DNA of 64,000 nucleotides from Candidatus Obscuribacteraceae bacterium (GTDB lineage Bacteria; Cyanobacteriota; Vampirovibrionia; Obscuribacterales; Obscuribacteraceae). Under the pieces are notes generated by a model. The model was not told the DNA's origin, did not search any database, and worked only from the letters and a program-made list of their open reading frames with translations. The number at the start of each line of letters is the position of its first letter. The first letter of the stretch is position 1. Both the position numbers and the translations under genes were made by a program. This document shows, in pieces, positions 1 through 10,166 of this stretch. The stretch covers positions 32,001 to 96,000 of the forward strand of contig JBGASG010000002.1 in assembly GCA_044229845.1 (NCBI GenBank), read 5' to 3'.

Positions 1-1
1 G

Positions 2-808
2 ACAATTACTCCCGTTTACGATGAAGGGCGGCTGATCGGTTTCGGTAAAGTCACCAGAGATCTCAGCGAACGCAAGATTGCTGAAGAACTTAAAGAAGAG
101 CATGCACAACAGCTGATGGAGAGCAACGCAGAATTGCAGCAACTCGCCTATGTGGTATCACATGAGCTGCAGCCGCCGGTGTCAACCATCGTGCGCTACG
201 GCAATTTGCTCAATGTCCGGTACAAAGACCGCCTCGGCGAGGATGCCAACGAATTCATTGCGAAAATCTCGGTTGCCGGTCGATTGGTGGCACGTATGGT
301 CGACGACCTCTGGACGTACGCTCGCATTTCGAAACCGCACCACGCCGGCGAGCAATTCAACAGCACCAACACCGTACGTGATGCGATCGCCGAACTCGAA
401 CGCACTGACGAGTTTGCTGGTGCAATGCAGAGCGATACCATCGCTTTCGATAACACCTTGCCGGCGCTCAAGGGCGACCGTGAACAATTCGTGTTTCTGT
501 TCAAAGAATTGATTCGCAATGCATTGCGCTACCGCAGGGAGAACGCTGCGCCGCAGGTGAGTGTAACTTCTGAGCCCAAGCGCGGGGGATGGCTTTTTAC
601 CGTCAAAGACAACGGCATGGGTATCGATCCGGTATTGTTCGGTGAAGTGTTCAAGGTCTTTCACAGGCTGGAGGGCGGCCCGACTCCGGAAGCTACAGGC
701 ACCGGGCTCTCGATGTGCAAAAAGATCGTGGAGAGGCACGGCGGAGAACTGACGCTCACTTCCACACCAGGACTTGGCACAACAGTGCAATTCTGGTTGC
801 CCGCTTAA
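2..808 (+). CDS. Sensor histidine kinase, 5'-truncated by window edge (PAC + HisKA + HATPase)
   Basis: The frame is open from base 2 (TITPVYDEGRLIGFGKVTRDLSERK, PAC-like). It has H-box LAYVVSHELQPP, N-box LIRNALRY and G-boxes DNGMGI and GTGLSMCKKI. Confidence 0.92.
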   Translation, partial: TITPVYDEGRLIGFGKVTRDLSERKIAEELKEEHAQQLMESNAELQQLAYVVSHELQPPVSTIVRYGNLLNVRYKDRLGEDANEFIAKISVAGRLVARMVDDLWTYARISKPHHAGEQFNSTNTVRDAIAELERTDEFAGAMQSDTIAFDNTLPALKGDREQFVFLFKELIRNALRYRRENAAPQVSVTSEPKRGGWLFTVKDNGMGIDPVLFGEVFKVFHRLEGGPTPEATGTGLSMCKKIVERHGGELTLTSTPGLGTTVQFWLPA

Positions 809-887
809 AACGTCCAGTCCAGCTTCGATACAGGCACCTTTTGTTTTGCCGGTAGTCTAAACCAGAGCAAAGCGCAAGGAGTTTCGT

Positions 888-1316
888 ATGCAAACTGAAG
901 CAATCAAACAGCTCAACTCATTACTGGAAGGCGAAATTTCCGCCACTGAAACATACAAACAAGCAATCAACAAAGTGGATGACCCATCATTTCGCCAGGT
1001 GCTCTCTGACTGTCTGACCTGTCATGAAAACCGCTCGCGCACGCTCACTGAAGCGGTGACACAGATGGGCGGCGAACCGGCGCATGGTTCGGGCGCGTGG
1101 GGCGCATTCGCGAAGATGATGGAAGGCGGTGCCACTTTATTCGGCAACAAAGCGGCCATCGGCATTCTCGAAGAAGGCGAGGACAAAGGTCTCGATATGT
1201 ACCGCAAAGCTCTCGAGAAGGACGACCCCGCAGTGCGTCGTCTGGTCAACGAGGATCTCTTGCCGGCGCAACAGCGCACGCACGCCGCTATGAGCGCATT
1301 GAAGCACGCATCGTAA
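888..1316 (+). CDS. PA2169/DUF2383-family ferritin-like four-helix-bundle protein
   Basis: Motifs LNSLLEGE..A..TY..A, GGEP..GSGAWG and LEEGEDKGL..Y; RBS AAGGAG upstream. Confidence 0.8.
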   Translation: MQTEAIKQLNSLLEGEISATETYKQAINKVDDPSFRQVLSDCLTCHENRSRTLTEAVTQMGGEPAHGSGAWGAFAKMMEGGATLFGNKAAIGILEEGEDKGLDMYRKALEKDDPAVRRLVNEDLLPAQQRTHAAMSALKHAS

Positions 1317-1340
1317 GCGTGTACACGGCGCAGCACAGAA

Positions 1341-1372
1341 GGGCGGTGCCCAAGCGGCGCCGCCTCTTTTTT
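1341..1372 (+). terminator. Intrinsic terminator
   Basis: Stem GGGCGGTGCC/GGCGCCGCCT followed by a T6 run, just after the 888-1316 stop. Confidence 0.8.
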
Positions 1373-1420
1373 GGCGAAAAACAGGCTTGGCGCGGCTTTC
1401 GGGGACTTATTTATTAGCCC

Positions 1421-1449
1421 TTTACAGACATACGGGCGTATGGTATACT
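1421..1449 (+). promoter_or_regulatory. Sigma70-type promoter
   Basis: TTTACA, 17-bp spacer, TATACT with an extended -10 TG. Confidence 0.75.
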
Positions 1450-1455
1450 GCCCTT

Positions 1456-1547
1456 AGTTCTGGAAGGCTAACAATTTGTCCCAGTGCAGCATCGCATTGA
1501 GCGCTGCACCGACATTTAGTGCCGGAAAGATCCTGTCCCAGTTTTTT
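1456..1547 (+). ncRNA. Putative ~90-nt structured sRNA or rmuC leader
   Basis: Nested stems TTCTGG/CCGGAA, GCTAA/TTAGT, TGTC/GACA and GTGCAGC/GCTGCAC directly after the promoter, ending in a T6 run. Confidence 0.4.
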
Positions 1548-1613
1548 CAAAGCCGATAATCAGACCGCCTGTGTCGCGGTCTGCCGACTTTGCTGCGTGT
1601 GTGAGGCAATGAG

Positions 1614-3206
1614 GTGATGCACATGGACACGATGGTTATCCTATATATCGCAATCGCGCCCCTGGTTGGTGCGGCATTAGCCTGGATAATCGCCGCCCGC
1701 TTCAAAGATGGTGCCTTGCGGGCCGCCGCGGCCGAGCACCGCTCCGCCACCACCGCCAGTGCCGAACGCGCGCGCCTGTTCGAACAACAGGTTGAGTCGT
1801 TGCGTGCCACCATTATCAATCAAGAAACAGAACTTAGATGCGCTCGCGACCTGACGGTTTCGCAAGCGACACAGCTTTCTGCAGCACTCGAACGCAATAA
1901 CCGGATCGCTCAATTAGAAGATCTGGTCGCCGCCAGGGAAGTCCAACTCGGGAGTATGCAGCAAGAGAATGCCGAAGCTGGAGCCAGAATTTCCGAATTG
2001 GCGACATTGCTGGAGAGCGAGCGGCAAATTGCGCAGGAGAAACTGGCAGTGCTCGATGATGCGCAGAAAAAACTGACAGACGCCTTCAATGCGTTATCGG
2101 CGGATGCTTTGCGAAAGAACAACCAATCTTTTATAGACCTTGCCAAACAGACGATGGAACAGTTTCAGCAAGGAGCCAAGGGCGATCTGGAGGCACGACA
2201 GAAATCGATCGAAGAGATGGTGAAGCCTCTCAAAGAATCTCTGACCAATGTCGATTCCAAAATTCAAGATCTGGAGAAGTCACGGGTTGCCGCCTACAGT
2301 GGGCTGCAAGAACAAGTGAAGTCGCTTGCGATCACGCAAAACGAGCTGCATCAAGAGACGCACAAACTGGTGAAGGCGTTGCGTGCTCCCTCCGTTCGCG
2401 GCAGATGGGGCGAGATACAGTTGAGACGAGTGGTTGAAATAGCCGGCATGCTAGAGCACTGCGACTTCGTCGAGCAACAAAGCGCCGAGACCGAAGAAGG
2501 TCGGCTGCGCCCCGACATGGTCGTCAAATTGCCCAGCAACAAGAATATCGTGGTCGATTCAAAAACACCCCTGCAGGCATACTTGGATGCGCTCGAGGCA
2601 CCGGATGAGGAAACGCGCATCAAATGCCTGCGCGATCATGCCCGTCAGGTGCAGGTGCATCTCAGCAAGCTGTCTGCGAAAGCATACTGGGATCAGTTTC
2701 AACCGGCGCCGGAATTCGTAATTCTCTTTCTGCCCGGCGAAACTTTCTTCAGCGCCGCGCTCGAACAAGATCCTGAATTGATCGAAGCCGGCGTTCAGCA
2801 GCGGGTGATCATCGCCACACCGACGACATTGATTGCTCTTCTGCGAGCAGTTGCCTATGGTTGGAAGCAGGAAAAACTGGCGGAAAACGCGCAAGCGATC
2901 AGCCAGCTCGGCAAGCAGCTTTATGACCGCATTCGCGTTATGGCCAATCATTTTGCCGACGTCGGGCGCGGTCTGGACAAAACCATGACGGCTTACAACA
3001 AAACGGTCGCGTCATTTGAAAGCCGCGTCCTCGTTAGCGCCCGCAAATTCGACGAACTTGGTGCGGGCAGCGGACAGGAGATTGCGGTCATCGAGCCGGT
3101 CGAACAACCGGTGCGCCAGCTTGAACTGCGCGCCGACAACATATTCGCTCTGACAACGCTCGACGAGCCGACGCTGTCGGAACGGGCCCGCGTGGCGATA
3201 GACTGA
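1614..3206 (+). CDS. rmuC: DNA recombination protein RmuC
   Basis: N-terminal TM helix and coiled coil; motifs [35 protein letters not shown] and [10 protein letters not shown]. Confidence 0.95.
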   Translation: MMHMDTMVILYIAIAPLVGAALAWIIAARFKDGALRAAAAEHRSATTASAERARLFEQQVESLRATIINQETELRCARDLTVSQATQLSAALERNNRIAQLEDLVAAREVQLGSMQQENAEAGARISELATLLESERQIAQEKLAVLDDAQKKLTDAFNALSADALRKNNQSFIDLAKQTMEQFQQGAKGDLEARQKSIEEMVKPLKESLTNVDSKIQDLEKSRVAAYSGLQEQVKSLAITQNELHQETHKLVKALRAPSVRGRWGEIQLRRVVEIAGMLEHCDFVEQQSAETEEGRLRPDMVVKLPSNKNIVVDSKTPLQAYLDALEAPDEETRIKCLRDHARQVQVHLSKLSAKAYWDQFQPAPEFVILFLPGETFFSAALEQDPELIEAGVQQRVIIATPTTLIALLRAVAYGWKQEKLAENAQAISQLGKQLYDRIRVMANHFADVGRGLDKTMTAYNKTVASFESRVLVSARKFDELGAGSGQEIAVIEPVEQPVRQLELRADNIFALTTLDEPTLSERARVAID

Positions 3207-3236
3207 GACTTTCCGACACCGGGTACATATTGGATT

Positions 3237-5426
3237 GTGCCCTCAAGAATGCCGGCAGTGGAACAGCACCCGATACGCGAGGTCGACTTCGATGCAACAG
3301 CCAGCGATCTGGATGCGCTGCAGCCGGGCACGACTTTGGACGGCAAGTATCAGATCAAGCAACTGATTGGTACCGGTGGCATGGGCTCCGTCTACCTGGC
3401 GCATCACCTGCAAATCGACAAAGACGTGGCCATCAAAGTACTGCATCCCCGATATGCGGCCGACCCGGAAGGACTGAAAAGATTCCAGCGCGAAGCCCGC
3501 ATTATCTCGGGGCTGCGTCACCGAAACATCATGCTCAACTATGCCTTCGGTCATGTGAACGGGCTGGTTTACATGACCGAATTTGTGGAAGGCAAATCGC
3601 TTGGCGCAATTGTTCGTTCCGAAGGTCCGCTGCCACCCGCTCAGGCACTGCCTTTGCTGTTGCAAATCTGCGACGCGATGACTTACGCGCACGAGCACGA
3701 CGTCTTCCACCGCGACTTAAAACCGGACAATGTCATTGTTGTCGAAACAACTCCGATCCTTATAGATTTCGGACTCGCCAAGCTCCTGGACGGAACCGAC
3801 GGGCAGCGCCTCACCCGCACCGGCGAGGTAGTCGGCGACCCGCATTACATGAGCCCGGAACAAGCGCAGGGACAACAACTCGACAAGCGGTCGGACGTCT
3901 ATTCGTTCGGTTGTCTGATGTACGAGGTTTTGACCGGCGAGCCACCGTTCGTTGCCGACTCACCAGTGGCGGTGCTGATGAAACAAATCAGCGAGCATCC
4001 AGCACCGTTTCCTGCACATTGCAAATTGCCGTCGGCTTTAGAAGCAATTGTTTTCACCGCCATGTCAAAAAATCGCGATGCGCGATTCGACTCGTTTCAG
4101 GAAGTGCGGGATATTCTGGCGCAGTTCATTGCCAATCCCGACATAAAAATCAAGCCGCCGAGCAGGCAACGCTCCGCCCTTTCAGGCGGCGTAAGCGATA
4201 GTTCGAAGCGAATTTTGATCGCGGCGGGGCTGATGCTGCTGGTAGCGACTGCCGTCGGCACCTGGTGCTTCGTCGAAAATAGCAGGCGGCAAAATGAACG
4301 CGATGCAGAACAGGCAATCGCCGAAGAGAAACTGCGCGATTTCCTCACAAATTACCATGGTCAGGATCTCGATGAGATCATCAGGCTGGGCAAAAAGTGG
4401 CACGATGCTGCGGCTGTTGCCAGGGCTCAATTTTTGCTCGCCGAATATCACTTGTCGGTGGACAACTATGTTCGAGCCATGGACACAGCAAACGACAGCC
4501 TGAATGGCGCTGCAATAACCAGGAAAGAAGCTGCGGCATTCAAGAATGTCTACGCCGAATCCGCCCGTCGATTGCATCGACTGGGCGATGCAGAACGAGT
4601 ATTCAAAGATTTGTACTTGCATCAAGCGGACGAAGTACGCTCGCCGGAAAAACAAATTCAACTGCTTCTTCGCCTGGCGGACGTCGAAGCTGATTTAGGC
4701 AAAGTAGATGAAGCCGCTCGCCTGACTCATGAAGCAGAGGATCGATACGGAAACATAATGCTGCCACGTGTGTGGCCCGGTGGCAGTCCGTCTCCAGACC
4801 AGATTCTCTTCGATCTGGCGACGCTACATGTGAAACTTCACGAATTCGATCGCGCTGAAAAGCTGATTAAAACAATGGATTTATCGTGGGTCATACAACC
4901 GTCCAGCTTGAACCCCAACGCCGAACTGAACATGAAGCTGCAGGCTGCCCGCGGCAACTACGCCGCACTGGATAACTACACGCACCAGGTGCTGAGCGCC
5001 CAAGTCGACGGCGACTCCAAGTTGCTTGCCCTTTCTGCGATATGCAATTCTCTGTCGGATGCAAAACAGTTCGACCACGCCCAGAAGGTGTTGCGAGAAA
5101 TGGGACAAATTAGCAAGTCGCTGGGCAGACCCGGACTGGATGCACCGTACGGCGCGGTCGTTAAACTGACCACGATGCATCTCGAGGAAGCGCAAGGGCA
5201 CTACGAACAGGTTGCCGCCGAAGCCACAAAACTTCTTCCCACGCTGCTGAATCATCCGTACTATGCCAAGCCGGTTTACGAATGCGTGGATTTGCTCTAC
5301 GACGCGTTGCACCACCTGGGCAGAGAATCCGAACTTGCGACGATCTACAGTCAACTGCGCGACTACCCGCATACAGGCAGATCCACGGGTGAGAACCTGC
5401 GCGGACGCCGAGCCCCAAGCAATTAG
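3237..5426 (+). CDS. Hanks-type Ser/Thr kinase with TM helix and TPR-like extracellular region
   Basis: GTGGMG, VAIK, HRDLKPDN, DFG and YMSPEQ motifs; TM segment ILIAAGLMLLVATAVGTW. Confidence 0.93.
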   Translation: MPSRMPAVEQHPIREVDFDATASDLDALQPGTTLDGKYQIKQLIGTGGMGSVYLAHHLQIDKDVAIKVLHPRYAADPEGLKRFQREARIISGLRHRNIMLNYAFGHVNGLVYMTEFVEGKSLGAIVRSEGPLPPAQALPLLLQICDAMTYAHEHDVFHRDLKPDNVIVVETTPILIDFGLAKLLDGTDGQRLTRTGEVVGDPHYMSPEQAQGQQLDKRSDVYSFGCLMYEVLTGEPPFVADSPVAVLMKQISEHPAPFPAHCKLPSALEAIVFTAMSKNRDARFDSFQEVRDILAQFIANPDIKIKPPSRQRSALSGGVSDSSKRILIAAGLMLLVATAVGTWCFVENSRRQNERDAEQAIAEEKLRDFLTNYHGQDLDEIIRLGKKWHDAAAVARAQFLLAEYHLSVDNYVRAMDTANDSLNGAAITRKEAAAFKNVYAESARRLHRLGDAERVFKDLYLHQADEVRSPEKQIQLLLRLADVEADLGKVDEAARLTHEAEDRYGNIMLPRVWPGGSPSPDQILFDLATLHVKLHEFDRAEKLIKTMDLSWVIQPSSLNPNAELNMKLQAARGNYAALDNYTHQVLSAQVDGDSKLLALSAICNSLSDAKQFDHAQKVLREMGQISKSLGRPGLDAPYGAVVKLTTMHLEEAQGHYEQVAAEATKLLPTLLNHPYYAKPVYECVDLLYDALHHLGRESELATIYSQLRDYPHTGRSTGENLRGRRAPSN

Positions 5427-5534
5427 ATCCGACCGTTGGCTCATGATTTCAATTCGTCCGCATGTGTAGGACGCATAACCGCCGGGTAAATTGGGGTATC
5501 GACTCGGCGTGCGAAATTTATGAGACATACTGCG

Positions 5535-6969
5535 ATGCCTTCCTCAGCTCAGTTGTGCTCCGGCTTTTTGTCTGCCATCACGGCGATCTGCCTGGCTTTC
5601 GTTACGTCGATTCCCGCCGCTCTGGCGCAAACCAAATCTAAGCCCACGACTGGTGTCAGCAAGTCTCCGGCCGGCTCCGTCAAGGATGTCGGCACGAATG
5701 GCTCATCAAAAGACATATATCGTGGTAATCGGCATCAGCAACTTCGCGCACCCGGAATACAACCTCAAGTACGCAGCCAAGGACGCCGAAGATTTCAAAA
5801 ACTTCTTGATCAAAGAATGCAACTTCGCGCCCGACCACGTCAAGTTTCTCAAAGATGACCGCGCCACGCGCGGCGCCATCATGGATGCATTCGGTGACAA
5901 CTGGTTGCCTCGAGTGGTAATGCCCGGCGACCTGGTGGTGATCTACATATCGACGCACGGCACGCCCGCCACGCGCGATGCCAGCGGCCGAAATTACATC
6001 GTCGCTTACGATACCGACCGCGACAAACTGTATTCGGAAGGTGTCGAGATGAACAGTCTCAACTCAGAAATCAAAACTCGCGTCAATACCGACCGCGTGC
6101 TGATCGTCATGGATACCTGCTACAGCGGTGGTGCCGTATCTGGTGCCCGCGGCGGCGAAGCGCCGGCGAACTTCGATGCCAAACAGATTGCGCAAGGCAC
6201 TGGACGACTGGTGCTCACTTCCAGCGCTCCCAACGAACGCTCGTGGGAAGGTAAGGAATATCAAAATGGTCTCTTTACGTACAACCTGATCAAAGCGTTG
6301 CGCAAAAACAACAACAAGGTCGATGTACTGACCGCCTTCGCCGACGTGCAAAAGAGCGTGAAGTGGGAGGCGCAATCCAATTTCGGTGCTCCGCAAACTC
6401 CCTCACTGGGCGGCAAATGGGAAGGCGTCAACCTCGTACTGTCGACACCGCCTTCGGAGCCGCGCTCGGTGCCCTGGTCGATGAAGGACATCCCCAATAC
6501 ATTCAAAGATTATCCGCTAGGGAACCTCGCACCCACCGCACTCTCTGAGATGGGCGTCGCGTCCATAACCGCATCGAAAGGCGACCCCGGACTGTTCCCG
6601 CGCGGCAACGAAATGGTATTGCCGCAGGGCTGCGATCGCGTGCTTTTGATCGGCGGTTGCGGTTTGACCTCCGAGCTGAACATCAAACTCGAACATCCAG
6701 CTACCAGTTTCAGCATCACACGCATCGGCGTGCTGAATGGTTCTTCACTGCCGAAGTGGCGCATGGAAGGTTACAACGCCGCCGGACAGGTAGTCGGCAC
6801 CACCGGAGACCCTAATTTCAGTTTCGACAATCAGTCGCGTTCATTCACGGTCAGCGGAACGTCCCCGATCGTGCAGGTGAAGCTGTTCTACGACAATCGC
6901 ATGAACGAAACCACTCCATGGGCGACTTATTCGACGCTGCCGATTTGCAAATTCGAACACACGCACTGA
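5535..6969 (+). CDS. Caspase-like peptidase C14 with C-terminal beta-rich domain; signal-peptide segment is in a different frame (apparent +1 frameshift near 5708-5720)
   Basis: The catalytic frame has VVIGIS, LKYAAKDA, STHG (His) and DTCYSG (Cys). The upstream frame encodes a signal peptide ending in AALA-Q. Confidence 0.85.
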
Positions 6970-6986
6970 CTAGCGGGGCGCACCAT

Positions 6987-7460
6987 TCAGCTGGTACGCG
7001 AATCTACATGATGGAGGCGCTCGATGGGCGCGCTGTTTCTTTGCCCGGCGGACGCACTTTCAGCAAGCAGAAAGTCGACATCGAAGTGGTGCGCTGCCGC
7101 CCGCTCCGGTGTAGCTTGTTTCTCCTGCCCGCCTTCACCTTGTCTTTGCCCGCGTTTTTCGATCTCTTCATTGATATCGGTGATCAGTTTGGTCACTTGC
7201 TCGGGCGTCATTTGCGATGGGTCTTCCATAGCATCCATGCGCGCGCGCAACTCTTTCTGCACTTGTTCGAGTCGCTCATTCTGTTGCTTAGTAATCATGC
7301 CTTCGGCGACCATTACCTCGCCGATCAATTTGCCCTTATAACGCGCGTCGTTTTTCTGCAGATCAAATGCTTTCTCGACCTGGTCTCGAGATGCGTAACC
7401 GAGCGCGACGGCGATGTCGCCCCAGCGCGTTCCGGGTGGATATTTTTTGGAGTCAACCAT
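6987..7460 (-). CDS. Small protein with two MshEN/T2SSE-N-like motifs
   Basis: RWGDIAVALGYASRDQVEKAFDLQ and LIGEVMVAEGMITKQQNERLEQVQ resemble RLGxxLxxxGxxxxxxLxxxLxxQ; RBS AGGAG. Confidence 0.6.
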   Translation of the reverse strand: MVDSKKYPPGTRWGDIAVALGYASRDQVEKAFDLQKNDARYKGKLIGEVMVAEGMITKQQNERLEQVQKELRARMDAMEDPSQMTPEQVTKLITDINEEIEKRGQRQGEGGQEKQATPERAAAHHFDVDFLLAESASAGQRNSAPIERLHHVDSRTS

Positions 7461-7588
7461 GATCAGCTCCTGACAGTGCTCGTCAGCGTAGCAAACGAAA
7501 CCGCCTCTAGTCGGTACTTAATTGCGCACACCTGAAACGCGCATGGGCGCTGGAGCCGTGCAAAAAATGTGACACGCTGAACTGACGA

Positions 7589-8149
7589 CTACTTCACTTT
7601 GCTGGCGGCGATAATTTGCGCGATGGTTTCTTCTGTGAGCGGGTCATCGCCCAGACCGGGGAAGCCCTGCCAGCGCACTACGTTATCGGGAGTGATGATC
7701 ATTACGTGCGGGATGCCCTTCACGCCAATCTTATCCTTCATAGCGCGCGACGTGTCGGTGCCGACGTAATAGTCCATAGGGTTGGACTTTTTGAAGGCTT
7801 TCAGAGTTTCTTCACTCTCATCCGAAAGTCCGATTACCACCAGATCGTCTTTGAATTTTTTCTGGAACCCATTCAGTTCGGGCACCAGATGTCGGCACGG
7901 TCCGCACCATGTCGCCCAGAAATCAATCAACACCACTTTGCCTTTGGTGTCCGGCGCGGGCCCGTCGATCCATTTTTCGACCTGGAGCTTGGGCGCCTGC
8001 TTGCCGCGAAAGTCATTGTCCGCATAGAGCTGCTTGCTTTTGGCCGCCGGATAGCCCGCCGACTTGTCGGCAAGCGCCATCTGTGCACCGCCCACTGCCA
8101 ACATGCAAACCAGACCGAGAGCCGAAATGCCAATCGCGCCAAATCTCAT
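7589..8149 (-). CDS. TlpA/ResA-family thiol-disulfide oxidoreductase, exported
   Basis: Signal peptide; KGKVVLIDFWATWCGPC; GIP cis-Pro motif. Confidence 0.93.
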   Translation of the reverse strand: MRFGAIGISALGLVCMLAVGGAQMALADKSAGYPAAKSKQLYADNDFRGKQAPKLQVEKWIDGPAPDTKGKVVLIDFWATWCGPCRHLVPELNGFQKKFKDDLVVIGLSDESEETLKAFKKSNPMDYYVGTDTSRAMKDKIGVKGIPHVMIITPDNVVRWQGFPGLGDDPLTEETIAQIIAASKVK

Positions 8150-8195
8150 AATTCAGTCCTCACTGACTGTGTAGCGGTATCGAAAGTGGTGCCCG

Positions 8196-8519
8196 CTAAA
8201 TGAGATGCAAAACCAGCAAGCGGGTGCCGATCTGCAGTTTGTCACCGGGCGCCATTTTGGTCAGCTTGCCTTCGAGCGCTTTGCGATTGAGCGTGCAGGA
8301 AGGAATAGTCTGAAACATGTTGACCTTGCGCGTCAGCGCCGCACCGGGAATGACCGCAGCCCAGTAGTCGTTGCCTTGCTTCTCAATGCGAACGTGCATC
8401 GGGGAGATGCCTTCCGCAGTAATGACAATATCGCAGTTTGGTCCTGACCCGATTTTGCAGGAAGGCTCGGTGATGTTGTATTGATCGCTCGACTCGGCGT
8501 CAATCAGTAGTGCAGACAT
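8196..8519 (-). CDS. Stand-alone FHA-domain protein
   Basis: IGSGPNCDIVI..EGISPMH..I and PGDKLQIG. The start was moved to the ATG at 8519 because the longer ORF overlaps the pspA-like gene. Confidence 0.75.
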   Translation of the reverse strand: MSALLIDAESSDQYNITEPSCKIGSGPNCDIVITAEGISPMHVRIEKQGNDYWAAVIPGAALTRKVNMFQTIPSCTLNRKALEGKLTKMAPGDKLQIGTRLLVLHLI

Positions 8520-8672
8520 AGGACCTCTTAGTGCGGTAACAAACCTATCTATAGAGTTTACCAGCTGGAAGCGAGGGGCGCTGAGCGGTCCCCTTGTCAT
8601 GCCGAAAGCGCTATCATGGGTGGTTAATTGACATTGGACGCCGGATGCCATGACCAGGCAAGGAGTATCGGC

Positions 8673-9485
8673 ATGCTCAACCGACTCATGAACGTAATAA
8701 AAGCCATGCTCAACAAGGGCATGCAGCAAATGGAGACGCCGGAGGTTCTCGCGGAAGAAGCGCAGGACCAGCTGGAGAAGCAGGTCAAAGAGTTGCTGCA
8801 AGCGGTGACGCAGGCGATTGCCAATGAAAAGATGCTGGAGCAGCAGATCAAGAAGAACAACGAAGATCTCGCTTCATGGGAGAAACGCGCCACGCTGGCG
8901 GTGCAACAAAACAACGACGACATCGCCAAGCAATGTCTGATGAAGAAACGAGAGCTGAACGAGCAAGCACAGATTCTGACGAAACAGCTGGAAGATCAGA
9001 AGACTACGACTGCGGCACTGCGCTCGCGCCACGCGGAGTTCGAGAGCAAGCTCAAAGAGTTCATGGTCAAGAAAGACGGCATGACCCAGCGTGCCAAAGC
9101 GGGCGATGCCATGGACAAAGCCAGCGAGATCATGTCCAACTCCGCCGGCACATCCGGCATGGGCAAGTACGAACAGAAGATTATGGAGCGGGAAGCAAAA
9201 GCTGCTGCGCTCGGTGAACTGAGCAGAACACCGGCAGAAGACAAACTGAAAGCGCTTGGCGAGAATGCGCAAGTTGAAGACGACCTGGCGGCTTTGAAAG
9301 CGCAAATGGGTCAGGTAAAGCTGGTGGTCGACAAAGAGAGCGGCGGCGCGGCGGCATCGGGAGCGTCGGGCAAAACGCAGGTTGACGCGAATGTGCCGAT
9401 GGTGCCGGATGATGACGACGACAACCTGCCCATGGTCACCGATGTCGAAGTCAAAGACGACGATGAGAAGAAAGGGAAAAAATAG
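8673..9485 (+). CDS. PspA/IM30 (Vipp1-like) family protein with acidic C-terminal extension
   Basis: MLNRLMNVIKA..N...ME.PE, coiled coil, WEKRA.LA, DDIAKQCL and VEDDLAALKAQM; RBS AAGGAG. Confidence 0.88.
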   Translation: MLNRLMNVIKAMLNKGMQQMETPEVLAEEAQDQLEKQVKELLQAVTQAIANEKMLEQQIKKNNEDLASWEKRATLAVQQNNDDIAKQCLMKKRELNEQAQILTKQLEDQKTTTAALRSRHAEFESKLKEFMVKKDGMTQRAKAGDAMDKASEIMSNSAGTSGMGKYEQKIMEREAKAAALGELSRTPAEDKLKALGENAQVEDDLAALKAQMGQVKLVVDKESGGAAASGASGKTQVDANVPMVPDDDDDNLPMVTDVEVKDDDEKKGKK

Positions 9486-10166
9486 ATGACAAAGAGACAG
9501 GTGACGCTGGCGTTTCTTGCCGCCGCCCTTGGTGGCACGTTGATGAGCGGTTTCGCAGCAGAGGCTGCGCCCAAGTCAGCCGCCAAGCCGTCCGTCAAGC
9601 CGCCACCGCCGGACTACTTCCCGTTGCGGGTCAATGACTGGTGGAAGTTTCAAACGACCACCGGCGAGGGCAAACAAAGCAACTTCACGATGAAGGTGAT
9701 CAGCGCTGAAAAGCAACCCGATCAAACCGTGATTTTCAAAGTCGACACGCAGTCGACCAAGCCCATCCACGACTGGTACACCAAACCGGCCGGGTTGGTG
9801 CTGCGGCACAAAGAGCAGTTCGGCGACGATGAGAAGATGCTCTTCAGCTATGAGCCTGTCTATTCGTATTTGAAAAATCCGCTCAGCAAAGATGATGCGT
9901 GGGAGTGGAAGGGCAAAGGCATGATGGGCGTCGACATTTCGGAAAACGCTCAGGTCACCGGACCGGAAGACATATTTGTGCCGGCCGGGAAGTTTTCGAC
10001 CATGAAGGTGACGACACAAGTCACGCAGGGCGGCGCCAACATGACCAAGACCTATTGGTTTGCCAATCACATCGGGCTGATCAAATCGGCGACGCAATCG
10101 GGACCGGTGGGTTCAGTGACCGAGCTGGTTGATTACAGTTTCAAGCCGAAGCCGAAGACCAAATAA
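9486..10166 (+). CDS. Exported beta-rich hypothetical protein
   Basis: Signal peptide; DYFPL, VPAGKF and YWFA..IGLIK motifs; abuts the pspA-like stop. Confidence 0.75.
   Translation: MTKRQVTLAFLAAALGGTLMSGFAAEAAPKSAAKPSVKPPPPDYFPLRVNDWWKFQTTTGEGKQSNFTMKVISAEKQPDQTVIFKVDTQSTKPIHDWYTKPAGLVLRHKEQFGDDEKMLFSYEPVYSYLKNPLSKDDAWEWKGKGMMGVDISENAQVTGPEDIFVPAGKFSTMKVTTQVTQGGANMTKTYWFANHIGLIKSATQSGPVGSVTELVDYSFKPKPKTK

Noticed and set aside
2..808. Similarity between this kinase and the one at 59923-61647 as evidence of a duplication boundary or mobile element
   Set aside because: The similarity is at protein-family level only; I saw no DNA-level terminal repeats, integrase or transposase.
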